A DNA stretch of 64,000 nt, from the NCBI GenBank assembly GCA_905187695.1, contig CAJJIY010000003.1, forward strand, positions 4,812-68,811. Direction: 5' to 3'. Below are positions 28,113 to 37,442 of the stretch, in pieces (positions within the stretch are counted from its first letter, which is position 1; each line of letters starts with the position of its first letter). The notes under the pieces are model-generated. The model was not told the DNA's origin. It did no database searches and was given only the letters and a program-made list of their open reading frames with translations. The translations under genes were made by a program, and so were the position numbers. This DNA is from an uncultured Eubacteriales bacterium (GTDB lineage: Bacteria; Bacillota; Clostridia; Oscillospirales; CAG-272).

Positions 28113-29383
28113 GGCGTCTCCTTATTGTATGCGTCCTCCCCGGCTCTTAGAATATCGCCGGGAGCGGCAAATTGCGGCAGGCGTGCGTAAAAGATCATTT
28201 TAGGGTGCGGTACGGCGGAGATCGGCGTGCCGTCCGGGGCATACATTTCGCTCACGGTAAAAGGAAATCCAACCCGTCCGGGGGCTAAAAGTTCCACGGA
28301 GTCGCCCACAGCAAATTTGTTGCGTTGGGCAAGGCGGCAAAGACGGCCGCCCGCCGTGAGCGGCGGAAGTTCAGGCGGCAGTTCCTCCGGTTCTTCCACG
28401 GTGGCCAGATAGGCTTTTTCCCGCAGATAACCCGGGGAAGTGCAGAGCTGTGCGTTTTTTTGCACTTCGTCAAAGAAAAATCCGGTGGCGTATTCCCGGT
28501 GGGAAACGCTTTCCACCTCGCGGTACAGTTTCGGGTCAAAACGATACCCGTCAGGGTCCTTTTCATAAGCGTCCAGCGCCATGCGGTAGGCGTTTGTTAC
28601 TACTGCGGTATAATAAGCGCTCTTCATGCGCCCTTCGATTTTAAAGGATTCCACGCCGGCACGGATGAGTTCCGGCAGATGTGGCAACATACAAAGGTCG
28701 CGCGAGGAGAGAAGGAAAGTGCCGTTTTCATTCTCAAGAACCGGAAGCGGCTCTCCCGGCCGTTTTTCTTCCACCAGGGTATAGTTCCAACGGCAGGGTT
28801 GCGTGCAGGCGCCCCGGTTGGCATCCCGCCCGGTAAAGTGGTTGGAGAGCAGGCACCGCCCGCTGTAAGAAACGCACATCGAACCGTGCACAAAGGCCTC
28901 CAGTGAGACCGAGGGCGGGAGTGAATCCCGGATCTCCCGGATCTCGGCAAGCGTCAGCTCTCTGGCCAGAACCAGCCGCGTCGCGCCCAGAGCCGCATAA
29001 GCGCGGGCGGCGGCAGGGCTGACGATGCTGGCCTGCGTGGAAATGTGAATCGGCATTTCCGGCAACAGTTCGCGTGCCAGCGAAAGCACACCCAGATCGC
29101 TGACGATAAGTGCGTCCGGCCGATCACCGGTTTGAAAAGAAGAAAGGAAAGCGCGCAGGCGCGGATATTCCGAGCCGTGCGGCAGGGTGTTGACGGTCAG
29201 ATAGAGTTTTTTGCCCCGTTCATGTACATAGGAAAGTGCCGCCAAAAGTTCCGTATCACTGAAATTGTCGGCGGCCGAGCGCATACCGAAGCACTGCCCC
29301 GCCAGATACACCGCGTCCGCGCCGAAACGGAGCGCCGCTTTCATTTTTTCAAAATTGCCCGCGGGCGATAAAAGTTCGGTCAA
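28109..29383 (-). CDS. Peptidase U32 family protein
   Basis: I start the gene at the in-frame TTG at 29383, which has a GGAGG RBS 6 nt upstream and a TATAAT further upstream. This gives M-TELLSPAGNFEKMKAAL, the usual U32 N-terminus. It overlaps the rarA start by 4 nt. Confidence 0.8.
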   Translation of the reverse strand: MTELLSPAGNFEKMKAALRFGADAVYLAGQCFGMRSAADNFSDTELLAALSYVHERGKKLYLTVNTLPHGSEYPRLRAFLSSFQTGDRPDALIVSDLGVLSLARELLPEMPIHISTQASIVSPAAARAYAALGATRLVLARELTLAEIREIRDSLPPSVSLEAFVHGSMCVSYSGRCLLSNHFTGRDANRGACTQPCRWNYTLVEEKRPGEPLPVLENENGTFLLSSRDLCMLPHLPELIRAGVESFKIEGRMKSAYYTAVVTNAYRMALDAYEKDPDGYRFDPKLYREVESVSHREYATGFFFDEVQKNAQLCTSPGYLREKAYLATVEEPEELPPELPPLTAGGRLCRLAQRNKFAVGDSVELLAPGRVGFPFTVSEMYAPDGTPISAVPHPKMIFYARLPQFAAPGDILRAGEDAYNKETP

Positions 29384-29520
29384 AATCTGCCTCCGGATAG
29401 CGATTTTCGGCACACGGCCGCTGTTTGTTTTTATTATAGCCTTTTTCCCTGTCCCTGTCAAGAAAAGCGCGGGAAAAAGAAGCGCCGCGCACGATGCGCG
29501 GCACTTTTATCATTTTGGTT

Positions 29521-29916
29521 TCAGGCAATTTCTTCGTTTCGCAGTTTCAGGGCGGAAAGGCCGCCTTTGTGGAGGAGATACGCGCCGGCAAAGAGCGCAC
29601 CCTGTCCCACGGTATTTACACCCTGTGCCACCCAGTTTAAAGAGGCCTTTGTAAAATCGCGCGAGGAAAGGTAACCCATGCACAGCGAGCAGAGAAAGGC
29701 CAACACAAAAAACGCGATGAGGGGAGATTTCTTCAGCCGGACGGCCAGCACGCAAAGCGAGCCGCAAAGAAGCCCCAGGCCGGTCACCATCAGTCCCACA
29801 AAAAGGAACACGCCCGAAAAAAGGGCGGGGCAGTTGCGGCCAGCGGCTTTTCGCCCTGCCGATGGCAGAGCATGGCCAGAATGCCGATGCCCGCAAGCAG
29901 AACTTTCATACAGCAT
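29521..29916 (-). CDS. Small hydrophobic membrane protein; its 5' end is possibly frameshifted at an A6/T6 run
   Basis: The ORF encodes 3 or more TM-like segments. A better-placed ATG at 29909 with a GGGAGA RBS opens a different frame that terminates after 39 codons. Confidence 0.35.
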   Translation of the reverse strand: MLYESSACGHRHSGHALPSAGRKAAGRNCPALFSGVFLFVGLMVTGLGLLCGSLCVLAVRLKKSPLIAFFVLAFLCSLCMGYLSSRDFTKASLNWVAQGVNTVGQGALFAGAYLLHKGGLSALKLRNEEIA

Positions 29917-29922
29917 TCTCCC

Positions 29923-30849
29923 TTATTTCTTGCTTTTTTCTTTTGCGCGTTTGTCGTTGATGATCTTCATGTGTTCGGCCGTAATCAGTTCCACGCCGTT
30001 TTCTTTGGCCCATTTGACGCAGCCCTTCAGCACAACGGGCAGGAACACGCGCGGCACGCCGAGAATGGTTTCCAGCGCATCATCGGTAAATTTCACCTTG
30101 TCATCGGCGCGGTCGGCCGCATAACGGATCGAGGAAAGCGAGGCTTTGCGGACCTGCAGGAGTTCGGCGCGCAGACGGCGTTTGCGGTGGAACCAGAAGT
30201 TTTTGGAGTCCCGATAGCCGTAATCCACCGGCAAAGGCGGAAAGTCCTTGGCGCGCACACCGTTGATAATGGCATCACTGTATTTTTTCTTCATGAGAAT
30301 CTTGTCTACGCGCAGAATAAAATGCGCGCCGAATTTGCTAGTAATGCCGTTGAAATCGTGGTAGGGGCCTTCGTAACCGTCCAGTTTCCCGGGTTCGTCC
30401 CGGTCGGCGCCGTCCAGCGCGCGCATCCAGGTACATTCGATGGCTTCAATCGCGTCGCTCATCACCATGGGGCGTTTTTCACCGGTTTCTTCTTCGATCA
30501 GGCTTTTTTCCAGGCGGAAATTGCATCGGGGCATCTTTTCACTTGGCTTGTCGCCCGGCCAGGAAAGTTTCACGGCTTCTTTGAAGGTTTTAGGGTCGTC
30601 ATTCACAAAGTTCAGGGTGCATTTGCCGGTGCGCAGGATGTTTTGCGCCGTGTTGGAAGAATTGCGGCAACAAAGCAACATGGCGTAGTAATCTTTCCCG
30701 GCCACATAATAGGGCTGTACCAATGAATAGGGCCCCAGGTTGGTGCTTCCGTCCTCGCACAGCGTGCTGATAAGCACGGTGGGCATGGGAAAGAACAAAG
30801 AAGTCTGATAGAAATTGTCTACAATGCGAAGGTTTTCAAAACTGCTCAT
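29923..30849 (-). CDS. Flavin reductase-like (FMN-binding split-barrel) domain protein
   Basis: 308 aa. The N-terminal part (PMPTVLISTLCEDGSTNLGPYS) resembles the flavin reductase-like domain. The C-terminal half is unassigned. Confidence 0.5.
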   Translation of the reverse strand: MSSFENLRIVDNFYQTSLFFPMPTVLISTLCEDGSTNLGPYSLVQPYYVAGKDYYAMLLCCRNSSNTAQNILRTGKCTLNFVNDDPKTFKEAVKLSWPGDKPSEKMPRCNFRLEKSLIEEETGEKRPMVMSDAIEAIECTWMRALDGADRDEPGKLDGYEGPYHDFNGITSKFGAHFILRVDKILMKKKYSDAIINGVRAKDFPPLPVDYGYRDSKNFWFHRKRRLRAELLQVRKASLSSIRYAADRADDKVKFTDDALETILGVPRVFLPVVLKGCVKWAKENGVELITAEHMKIINDKRAKEKSKK

Positions 30850-30888
30850 AAAAGCACTCCTTTTATTTATAATTTGAGTCGCTTGGAT

Positions 30889-31410
30889 TTAATTTATGAG
30901 TTTTTTCATGGCCGCGTACAGCCACGGGAAAGGTGTGCCTTCCAGCGTGAAGGCCAGTACCGATTCGGCAATCAGCCGGGAAAGGAAGTCGCGTTCTTCC
31001 GCGTTGGCATGTTGGCACAGCGGCAAAAACAGCGCGGCCAGTTGACCGCAAAGTTGCCGATGGCGCTCCTGAAAAACAGAAGAAAAGGTTTTGGTGGCGG
31101 CAGGATCGGAAAAAAGCGCGTGGTGCCGTGCGGCAAAACCGGAGATCTCCTGATAAACACAGAAAAAGAACGGCTCTGTGTCCTCGGTCGGGCAGGCCGC
31201 GATCTTTTGGATGCAATTTTGCCAGTCCGCGGCCATAAAGGACGCAATCAACAGATCTTTGGATTTGAAATAGTTGTAAACCGTCCCCACCGCCAGGCCG
31301 CATTCTCTGGCGACAGAGCGGATGGTGGTGGCGGCATAGCCGCGTTCGGCAATTTGTTTTTGAGCGGTGGCAAGCAGTTGCTCACGGGCATTTTGAATGA
31401 TTTTCGGCAT
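30889..31410 (-). CDS. TetR/AcrR family transcriptional regulator
   Basis: 173 aa. HTH GYAATTIRSVARECGLAVGTVYNYFKSKD. Confidence 0.9.
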   Translation of the reverse strand: MPKIIQNAREQLLATAQKQIAERGYAATTIRSVARECGLAVGTVYNYFKSKDLLIASFMAADWQNCIQKIAACPTEDTEPFFFCVYQEISGFAARHHALFSDPAATKTFSSVFQERHRQLCGQLAALFLPLCQHANAEERDFLSRLIAESVLAFTLEGTPFPWLYAAMKKLIN

Positions 31411-31609
31411 TTCGGGCCTCCGGTTTGCTTTGGAAAGGGTTGAAATTTTGCAGGACGGGTTTTATGAACCCGTTCATTTTGAGTATATAACGATTCCGAA
31501 ACTTTGTCAAGCATTTAACAAAAATTTCGGAAAATATTTTTGCAAGAGGATTGCAGGGGCAAAAGCCCTCTCGTATTTTAAAATTAGCCGGCAAAAAAGC
31601 GCGAAAGCC

Positions 31610-31638
31610 TTGAAAAGCGGAAACGGGTATGCTATAAT
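31610..31638 (+). promoter_or_regulatory. Sigma-A type promoter upstream of the membrane glycosyltransferase gene
   Basis: -35 TTGAAA (31610-31615), 17-nt spacer, -10 TATAAT (31633-31638). Confidence 0.5.
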
Positions 31639-31837
31639 AACCAATAATAAAGACCGGTGCCGGGTTCTCCGGCTCCTAGCGCCTTTTGTTCAGAAAAAAG
31701 ATGATGGTTGCATCCGGGTTTTCCGGATCGCGTATAAATATGTAGATAAAATGGAAAATCTGTTGATGTCCGACGGCGGGTCTGCCCATGGCGGATTGGC
31801 CGATCGCCGCGCATGCGGAAATAAGGGAGGTGACACC

Positions 31838-33538
31838 TTGATAAAGCGCCTTTTTAGAGATGAAAGAAAACGGCGCCTGTTTTCGGAGGGTGTTTTTTCG
31901 GCCTGCCTTTTTCTTGCGGCGCTCTTTTTTGTTTACCGGATGGCGGTGGTGGATTTTGACCCGCACCATTCCGGGCTTATGTATAAATCCGCATTGGATG
32001 TGGCGCACGGCAAGGTGCTGTTTCTTGAAACATTCACACAGTACGGCGCATTGGTCACCTATCTGCAGTCGCTTGCCATTCTGGTACTGGGCGAGCGGGT
32101 GCGTTCCATCCTTTTTTCCACCGCCTTTTTCTATGCGGCGGACTATTTGCTCTTTTATCTTTTTTCACGGCGCTTTCTGCCCCGTCTGCCCTCGTTTCTG
32201 GCCACATTGACGCTGTTGTTTCTGGCTCCTTATTACACCTGGCCTTTTCAGCCCTGGTCGTCGGTCTATGCGCTTTTCTTCTTTTTCCTTTGCATTTTTT
32301 TTACCCTGCGTGCGCTGGAGCGGATTTCTCCGCTTTACGGATTTTTGGCGGGAGCGGCGGCCATGCTTTGCTTCTGGTGCCGGCAACCGGTCGGATTGGT
32401 CACCTTACTGGGGGTGCTGATCTGTTTCTCCCTTCCGCTTTTCTTTGCGCCGCGGGCCTGCCGGAATCGCGGGGGAGAACGGTTTGCCCTTTGCTTTTTT
32501 GCTCTTTGCGGGGCGGTGCTTGCCTTTGCCGCAATCTTCCTTCCAATCTATCTTTCCGGTGCGGCCGGTGATTTTTATCAGCAGAGTATCAAAGGGATGC
32601 TTACTTTTGCCGTTTCTTCCCGACCGGAAGAAGGATCGGCTTTTCTGAATGTTTTCTACCGGCTGATTGTGGCGCCTTTCACCGAGCGGGGCATGCCCTT
32701 TTTGGGAACGGTGTGGCTCTTTTTGCCGCTGTGCTCGCTGGCTCTTTTTGCGGGCGGCGTCCGCGCTTACCGCCGTGCGCTCCGGGAGGGCGGAGAAAAG
32801 GCGGCGTGCCGGGCTCTGCTTCTTTCGGCTTTTGCGGTGCTTGCGGTATCGGCCTGGCATCAATACTATCCGGTCTCCTGCTACCGCCATTGGTATTGGG
32901 GCGCGTTTCCCTCGGTTTTCAGCGCCTTTTATCTGGGCTTCCGTTTCCTCCCGATCCTTTCCGGAAAGACGGGAACGGGGAAAAAGCCCCGCGCTGCGGC
33001 GGCGCTTTTCCTGCTTTGCGCGGTGGTGATTCTCGGCTCCAATGCCAGTTACCGGTTTTATATGAGCGGGGTAAAAATTGTCCGCAGTGAACAGGCGGGG
33101 AAATTCAGTCATCCGGTCTATACGCACCTGGACGGGCTTTACCTGGACAAAGATGTCGCGCTTTATTATAAATCGCTGTTTGATTATGTGAACAATCTGC
33201 AGACGGTCTTTCCGGAGCGCAACATCATCAATACTACCGAAAACGGTCTTTATGCCGTGTTCGGGCAGGAGAATATCGGCCCGCTTTTCAACAATGCCGG
33301 TAATTTTTATTATGAAAATTATACGACCAGTCTGGCTGAGTATATCCGCATCCGACGGCCGATCGTCATCGGCTCGGAGCCGCCCGGTGAAAACTATGTT
33401 TTTCTCTACGAGCCCCCCGGGGATCATGCCGATCCCTGCCCGGAATATCATCATCTGCCCGCGCGCATCTGGCTACCTGCGGAACTGTATGCGCAATGGC
33501 TCCATGCCGGCGCGGTTGTAAAGGAACAGGCACCATGA
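31838..33538 (+). CDS. Polytopic membrane protein, ArnT/PMT (GT-C, GT39-like) glycosyltransferase candidate
   Basis: Start set at TTG 31838, 7 nt after a GGGAGG RBS; ATG 31751 is an alternative. It has more than 10 hydrophobic helices followed by a soluble C-terminal domain. The family call is tentative. Confidence 0.5.
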   Translation: MIKRLFRDERKRRLFSEGVFSACLFLAALFFVYRMAVVDFDPHHSGLMYKSALDVAHGKVLFLETFTQYGALVTYLQSLAILVLGERVRSILFSTAFFYAADYLLFYLFSRRFLPRLPSFLATLTLLFLAPYYTWPFQPWSSVYALFFFFLCIFFTLRALERISPLYGFLAGAAAMLCFWCRQPVGLVTLLGVLICFSLPLFFAPRACRNRGGERFALCFFALCGAVLAFAAIFLPIYLSGAAGDFYQQSIKGMLTFAVSSRPEEGSAFLNVFYRLIVAPFTERGMPFLGTVWLFLPLCSLALFAGGVRAYRRALREGGEKAACRALLLSAFAVLAVSAWHQYYPVSCYRHWYWGAFPSVFSAFYLGFRFLPILSGKTGTGKKPRAAAALFLLCAVVILGSNASYRFYMSGVKIVRSEQAGKFSHPVYTHLDGLYLDKDVALYYKSLFDYVNNLQTVFPERNIINTTENGLYAVFGQENIGPLFNNAGNFYYENYTTSLAEYIRIRRPIVIGSEPPGENYVFLYEPPGDHADPCPEYHHLPARIWLPAELYAQWLHAGAVVKEQAP

Positions 33539-34434
33539 GCATAAAATACGAAAAATGGAGACAAAAGAACCTGACGGATCTGCGCGGAATGCGCGTGGTG
33601 ATTACCGGCGCCAACAGCGGCATCGGGTTTGAGACGGCGAGAGGGTTCCTTTTCGGCGGCGCGGCGGTCCTTCTGGCCTGCCGGAATCCTTTGCGCGCAA
33701 AAGAGGCCGCCGACCGACTTCTCGCGGAATTTCCGGGGGCCAATGTCGCTGTTTCGCAGCTGGATCTGGCCTCTTTTGAAAGCATTGATGCTTTTGCCGG
33801 GGCGCTTTGCAAAGGCCCGAAGATCAATATTTTTGTGCATTGCGCGGGCATTTACTATCCAAAAGACAGCCGGACAAAAGACGGGCTTCCCGCCACGGTC
33901 GGGGTCAATTATATCGGCACTCTGCGTTTGGCGCTGGCAGTCTTGCCCGCGCTTTCTCCGGATGCCCGCATGGTCTTTACCACCAGCCTGGTGGATCGCT
34001 TCGGCCGTGTGAAGGACGGCGGCGTGACCGCGCCGGATTCAAGCGAAGGCTATGCCGCCTATGCACGCAGCAAATATCTGCTCTCGGCAGCGGCCCGCCA
34101 GCTGGCGCTCCGTTCGGCCTCGGCAAACGGCCCTGCAATTCTGGCCGCGCATCCCGGGATTACCGCCACCAATATTCTTGCGCCGGAAAAGACCCGGCAC
34201 AAGCCGAGCTTTTCCCGTGCAGGACACGCCTTTTTATATCTTTTTACGCACTCGCCCGAAAAGGCCTCGCTCTCCTTGCTGATGGCCGCGGCGGGAAAAA
34301 ACACCAAAAACGGGGAGATCATCGGCCCGCGCGGTCTTTTCGGGATCAGCGGCTATCCGCACATCACCCGTTATTGCCGGCGGGTACGCCATGCGCCCGT
34401 GGGAGAACAGATTTTTTCCGGGAATACCCGGTGA
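33535..34434 (+). CDS. Short-chain dehydrogenase/reductase (SDR)
   Basis: Start at ATG 33535, which overlaps the upstream stop codon (ATGA). Contains VVITGANSGIGFE (TGxxxGxG) and YARSK (YxxxK). Confidence 0.85.
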   Translation: MSIKYEKWRQKNLTDLRGMRVVITGANSGIGFETARGFLFGGAAVLLACRNPLRAKEAADRLLAEFPGANVAVSQLDLASFESIDAFAGALCKGPKINIFVHCAGIYYPKDSRTKDGLPATVGVNYIGTLRLALAVLPALSPDARMVFTTSLVDRFGRVKDGGVTAPDSSEGYAAYARSKYLLSAAARQLALRSASANGPAILAAHPGITATNILAPEKTRHKPSFSRAGHAFLYLFTHSPEKASLSLLMAAAGKNTKNGEIIGPRGLFGISGYPHITRYCRRVRHAPVGEQIFSGNTR

Positions 34435-34450
34435 AAAGAAGGAGGAAAAA

Positions 34451-35809
34451 ATGCTGAAAAAAGAAAATGCACTGGAACTGTTCGACATTTACCCCAAAGT
34501 CGTTCCGGTGGGAAAACCCGTCAGTTTCACTTTGCAGGCACTGGATCCGGATATTTTCTTCGGAACGGTTACGCATCTGGATGTGATTGCCGTAAACGGT
34601 GCGACGGACAGCAACCGAACCTACTTTGCGCAAAACATTGCCACCACGCCGCTGGAGCCCCCCATGCACGGGTTTCGTTTTACGCTGACCCTGCCCGCGG
34701 AGGATGAATATCAGATCCATCTGGTTTTTGAAGAGACCGGCATAAAACGCCCGAAAGCGGTGTTGACAGTGGCGGCTGTAGAGGACGACCTGCTTTACCG
34801 CAGTCCGCTGGTGGGCGATTTCCATGCCCACACTTATTTCTCAGACGGAAACGAGGGGCCGGCATTTGTGGCGGCGCGCTACCGCCGGAGCGGATATGAC
34901 TTTCTTGCGGTGACCGATCACCGCCGCCGGGCGCCGTCGCTTCGCGCCATTGCGGCATATGAGGGCCTGAATTTGCCTTTCCGCCTTTATCCCGGAGAGG
35001 AAGTGCACCCGAACAAAGCTTATGTACACATTGTCAATTTTGCTTCCGACAAGAGCGCCAACGCTTTTGCGCTCCGCGAAAAGGACGCGGCCACCTGGCG
35101 GAATGCCGACCCCACGCCGGAATATGAAGAAGAATTGCGCCGCGTCATGGCCGAACTGCCCGAGCCGCTGCCGCACGAGGATATGCGCCGCGAAATCGCC
35201 AGCGCGGTGATCGTGGCCCGGATCATCCGGGAGGGCGGCGGTTTGGCGATTCTGGCGCACCCGCATTGGCATTATCCCGGCCAAAATGTGCCGGACGCCA
35301 TGTACCGCTATTTCTTTGAACATCACATTTTCGATGCGTTGGAACTGCAGGGTGGTCTTCTCTGGTACGAGAACCAGACGCAGAACGCACTGTGGGAAGA
35401 GTTGCGTGCGCAGGGACATCAGCTTCCGGTGGTCGGCTCCAGTGATGAACACGGTGTGTTACCGAAACATCTTAAAGCGGACATTGAGTATTTTACCGAA
35501 GAACGCACCCTGCTTCTGGCCAAGGAAAATACCCGGGAAGGCATTATCGAGGCCGTGAAGAATCTTTATTCGGTGGCTATGCAAAAGGACGAAGGAAGCA
35601 ACCCGGTCCTTTGCGGCGGAAATTACCGTCTGCGCCGTTATATGGTCTTCCTCCTGCGCAACTACTTCCCCATCCGGGACGAAGTATATTTTGAACAGGG
35701 ACGGCTGATGCACGCTTTTGCGGCGGGCACGCCCGGCGCAAAGGAAAAACTGCTTCGCTGTGTGGCGGACAGCGCCGATTTTGAATCCAAGTATTTCTAC
35801 CGGCCCTGA
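34451..35809 (+). CDS. PHP-domain metal-dependent phosphoesterase-like protein
   Basis: Start at ATG 34451, after a GGAGG RBS. GDFHAHTYFSDG and AVTDH fit PHP motifs. Confidence 0.6.
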   Translation: MLKKENALELFDIYPKVVPVGKPVSFTLQALDPDIFFGTVTHLDVIAVNGATDSNRTYFAQNIATTPLEPPMHGFRFTLTLPAEDEYQIHLVFEETGIKRPKAVLTVAAVEDDLLYRSPLVGDFHAHTYFSDGNEGPAFVAARYRRSGYDFLAVTDHRRRAPSLRAIAAYEGLNLPFRLYPGEEVHPNKAYVHIVNFASDKSANAFALREKDAATWRNADPTPEYEEELRRVMAELPEPLPHEDMRREIASAVIVARIIREGGGLAILAHPHWHYPGQNVPDAMYRYFFEHHIFDALELQGGLLWYENQTQNALWEELRAQGHQLPVVGSSDEHGVLPKHLKADIEYFTEERTLLLAKENTREGIIEAVKNLYSVAMQKDEGSNPVLCGGNYRLRRYMVFLLRNYFPIRDEVYFEQGRLMHAFAAGTPGAKEKLLRCVADSADFESKYFYRP

Positions 35810-35820
35810 GACCGGAAAAA

Positions 35821-35849
35821 AACAGGCCGGGGCTTTTGCCCGGCCTGTT
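35821..35849 (+). terminator. Rho-independent terminator
   Basis: 11-bp stem aacaggccggg/cccggcctgtt with a 7-nt loop, followed by a T-run. Confidence 0.8.
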
Positions 35850-35908
35850 TTATAAAAGCGGAAGAAAAAAGGCAAGGCGATTGCCGCCTTTGCCTGAAAG
35901 GATAAAAT

Positions 35909-36610
35909 ATGGAAGAAATCATTTCTCCCCAGATCCGGGAAATACTTAAAACAGTGGATCATACGCTGCTCTCTCCGACCGCGACCGAGTCGGAGGTCCG
36001 CCAACTCTGCCGGGACGGATTGCGTTTCCGGACAGCCAGTGTGTGCGTGGCCCCGGCGTTTGTGCATATGTCCCGGGATTTTTGCGGAAAAGACCTCCCG
36101 GTCTGTACGGTCATCGGATTTCCGAACGGCTACGCGACCTCCCCGGTCAAATGCTTTGAAACCGCAGATGCCATCCGAAACGGTGCCGATGAGGTGGACA
36201 TGGTGGTGAATCTCGGTTGGGTCAAGGAAGGAAAATATGAGGCGGTCCTGGAAGAAATCAACGCAGTCAAGGAAGCTGCCGAGGGGCGGATCCTGAAAGT
36301 GATCGTTGAGACCTGCCTTCTGACCGAGGCGGAAAAGATCCGGATGTGCGAGGTGGTTTCGGCATCGGACGCCGATTTCATCAAAACCTCTACCGGGTTT
36401 TCAAAAGGCGGCGCCACAAGAGCCGATATTGCGCTTTTCCGTGCCCATATGACCGGTAAAAAGAAGATCAAGGCCGCCGGCGGCATTGCCTCGCTCTCGG
36501 ACGCGCGCGATTTTTTGGCGCTCGGCGCAGACCGGCTCGGAACCAGCCGGATCGTCAGATTGGTCAAGGAAGGTATTGAAAAAGCGCAAAGGGAGTCAGG
36601 GAAGTTCTGA
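35909..36610 (+). CDS. deoC: Deoxyribose-phosphate aldolase
   Basis: 233 aa. DHTLL, VCV, and IKTSTGF containing the Schiff-base lysine. Confidence 0.9.
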   Translation: MEEIISPQIREILKTVDHTLLSPTATESEVRQLCRDGLRFRTASVCVAPAFVHMSRDFCGKDLPVCTVIGFPNGYATSPVKCFETADAIRNGADEVDMVVNLGWVKEGKYEAVLEEINAVKEAAEGRILKVIVETCLLTEAEKIRMCEVVSASDADFIKTSTGFSKGGATRADIALFRAHMTGKKKIKAAGGIASLSDARDFLALGADRLGTSRIVRLVKEGIEKAQRESGKF

Positions 36611-36695
36611 CCGGCCGCCGAGTCAAGAAAGTTACACAAGAAGCCCCGCGGAAGGCCGCGGGGAAAAGCCGGATTTCCGGCGGGAAGGAGCCTAT

Positions 36696-37442
36696 ATGGG
36701 AAATCTTTATCCAACGCCGCACATTGACGCTGCGCCCGGAGACTTTGCCAAAACCGTGCTGATGCCGGGCGACCCTCTTCGTTCCAGACTGATTGCCGAA
36801 AAATTTCTTACCGACGCGCGTCCGGTCAATAATGTGCGCGGTGTGCAGGGGTATACCGGCACTTATAACGGACATCCGGTATCGGTCATGGCCAGCGGCA
36901 TGGGGATGCCATCCATCGGCATTTACGCGCACGAACTCTATACGGTTTTCGGCGTGGAAAACATTTTGCGCGTCGGGTCGGCGGGCGGAATGCGCCCGGA
37001 GGTCCGGGTGCGCGATCTGGTAATCGGGATGGGCGCCTGTACGGATTCGGATTTCGCCCGGCAATATCACCTGCCCGGTACTTTTGCGCCGATTGGCGAT
37101 TATCGCATGCTGGAGACTTTTGTGTCCCGTGCCAGGGCGCGTGGCTCCCGCTTCCATGTGGGCAATCTTTTTTCATCGGATCATTTTTACCGTGATGAGG
37201 CCGATTTGCCCGAAACCTTCCGGGCCACGCCCGCTTTTTCCAAAATGGGTGTGCTGGCCGTGGAAATGGAGGCCGCGGCGCTGTATATGACGGCGGCGCG
37301 AAACGGCAGGCGGGCGCTTGCCGTGTGCACCGTGTCGGACCATCTGCTGACCGGAGAGGCGCTCCCGGCCGCTGAACGGCAGAATTCTTTCACGGAAATG
37401 ATAGAATTGGCACTGGAAACGGCGGTGGCATTGGATGACTGA
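36696..37442 (+). CDS. deoD: Purine nucleoside phosphorylase, DeoD type
   Basis: Start at ATG 36696 (MGNLYPTPHIDAAPGDFAKTVLMPGDPLR). Contains the MEAAAL motif. Confidence 0.9.
   Translation: MGNLYPTPHIDAAPGDFAKTVLMPGDPLRSRLIAEKFLTDARPVNNVRGVQGYTGTYNGHPVSVMASGMGMPSIGIYAHELYTVFGVENILRVGSAGGMRPEVRVRDLVIGMGACTDSDFARQYHLPGTFAPIGDYRMLETFVSRARARGSRFHVGNLFSSDHFYRDEADLPETFRATPAFSKMGVLAVEMEAAALYMTAARNGRRALAVCTVSDHLLTGEALPAAERQNSFTEMIELALETAVALDD

Noticed and set aside
31397-31837. N-terminal 147 codons of the 713-aa track ORF
   Set aside because: The stretch overlaps the TetR gene start and contains the promoter at 31610-31638. The strong RBS plus TTG at 31838 precedes the first transmembrane helix.
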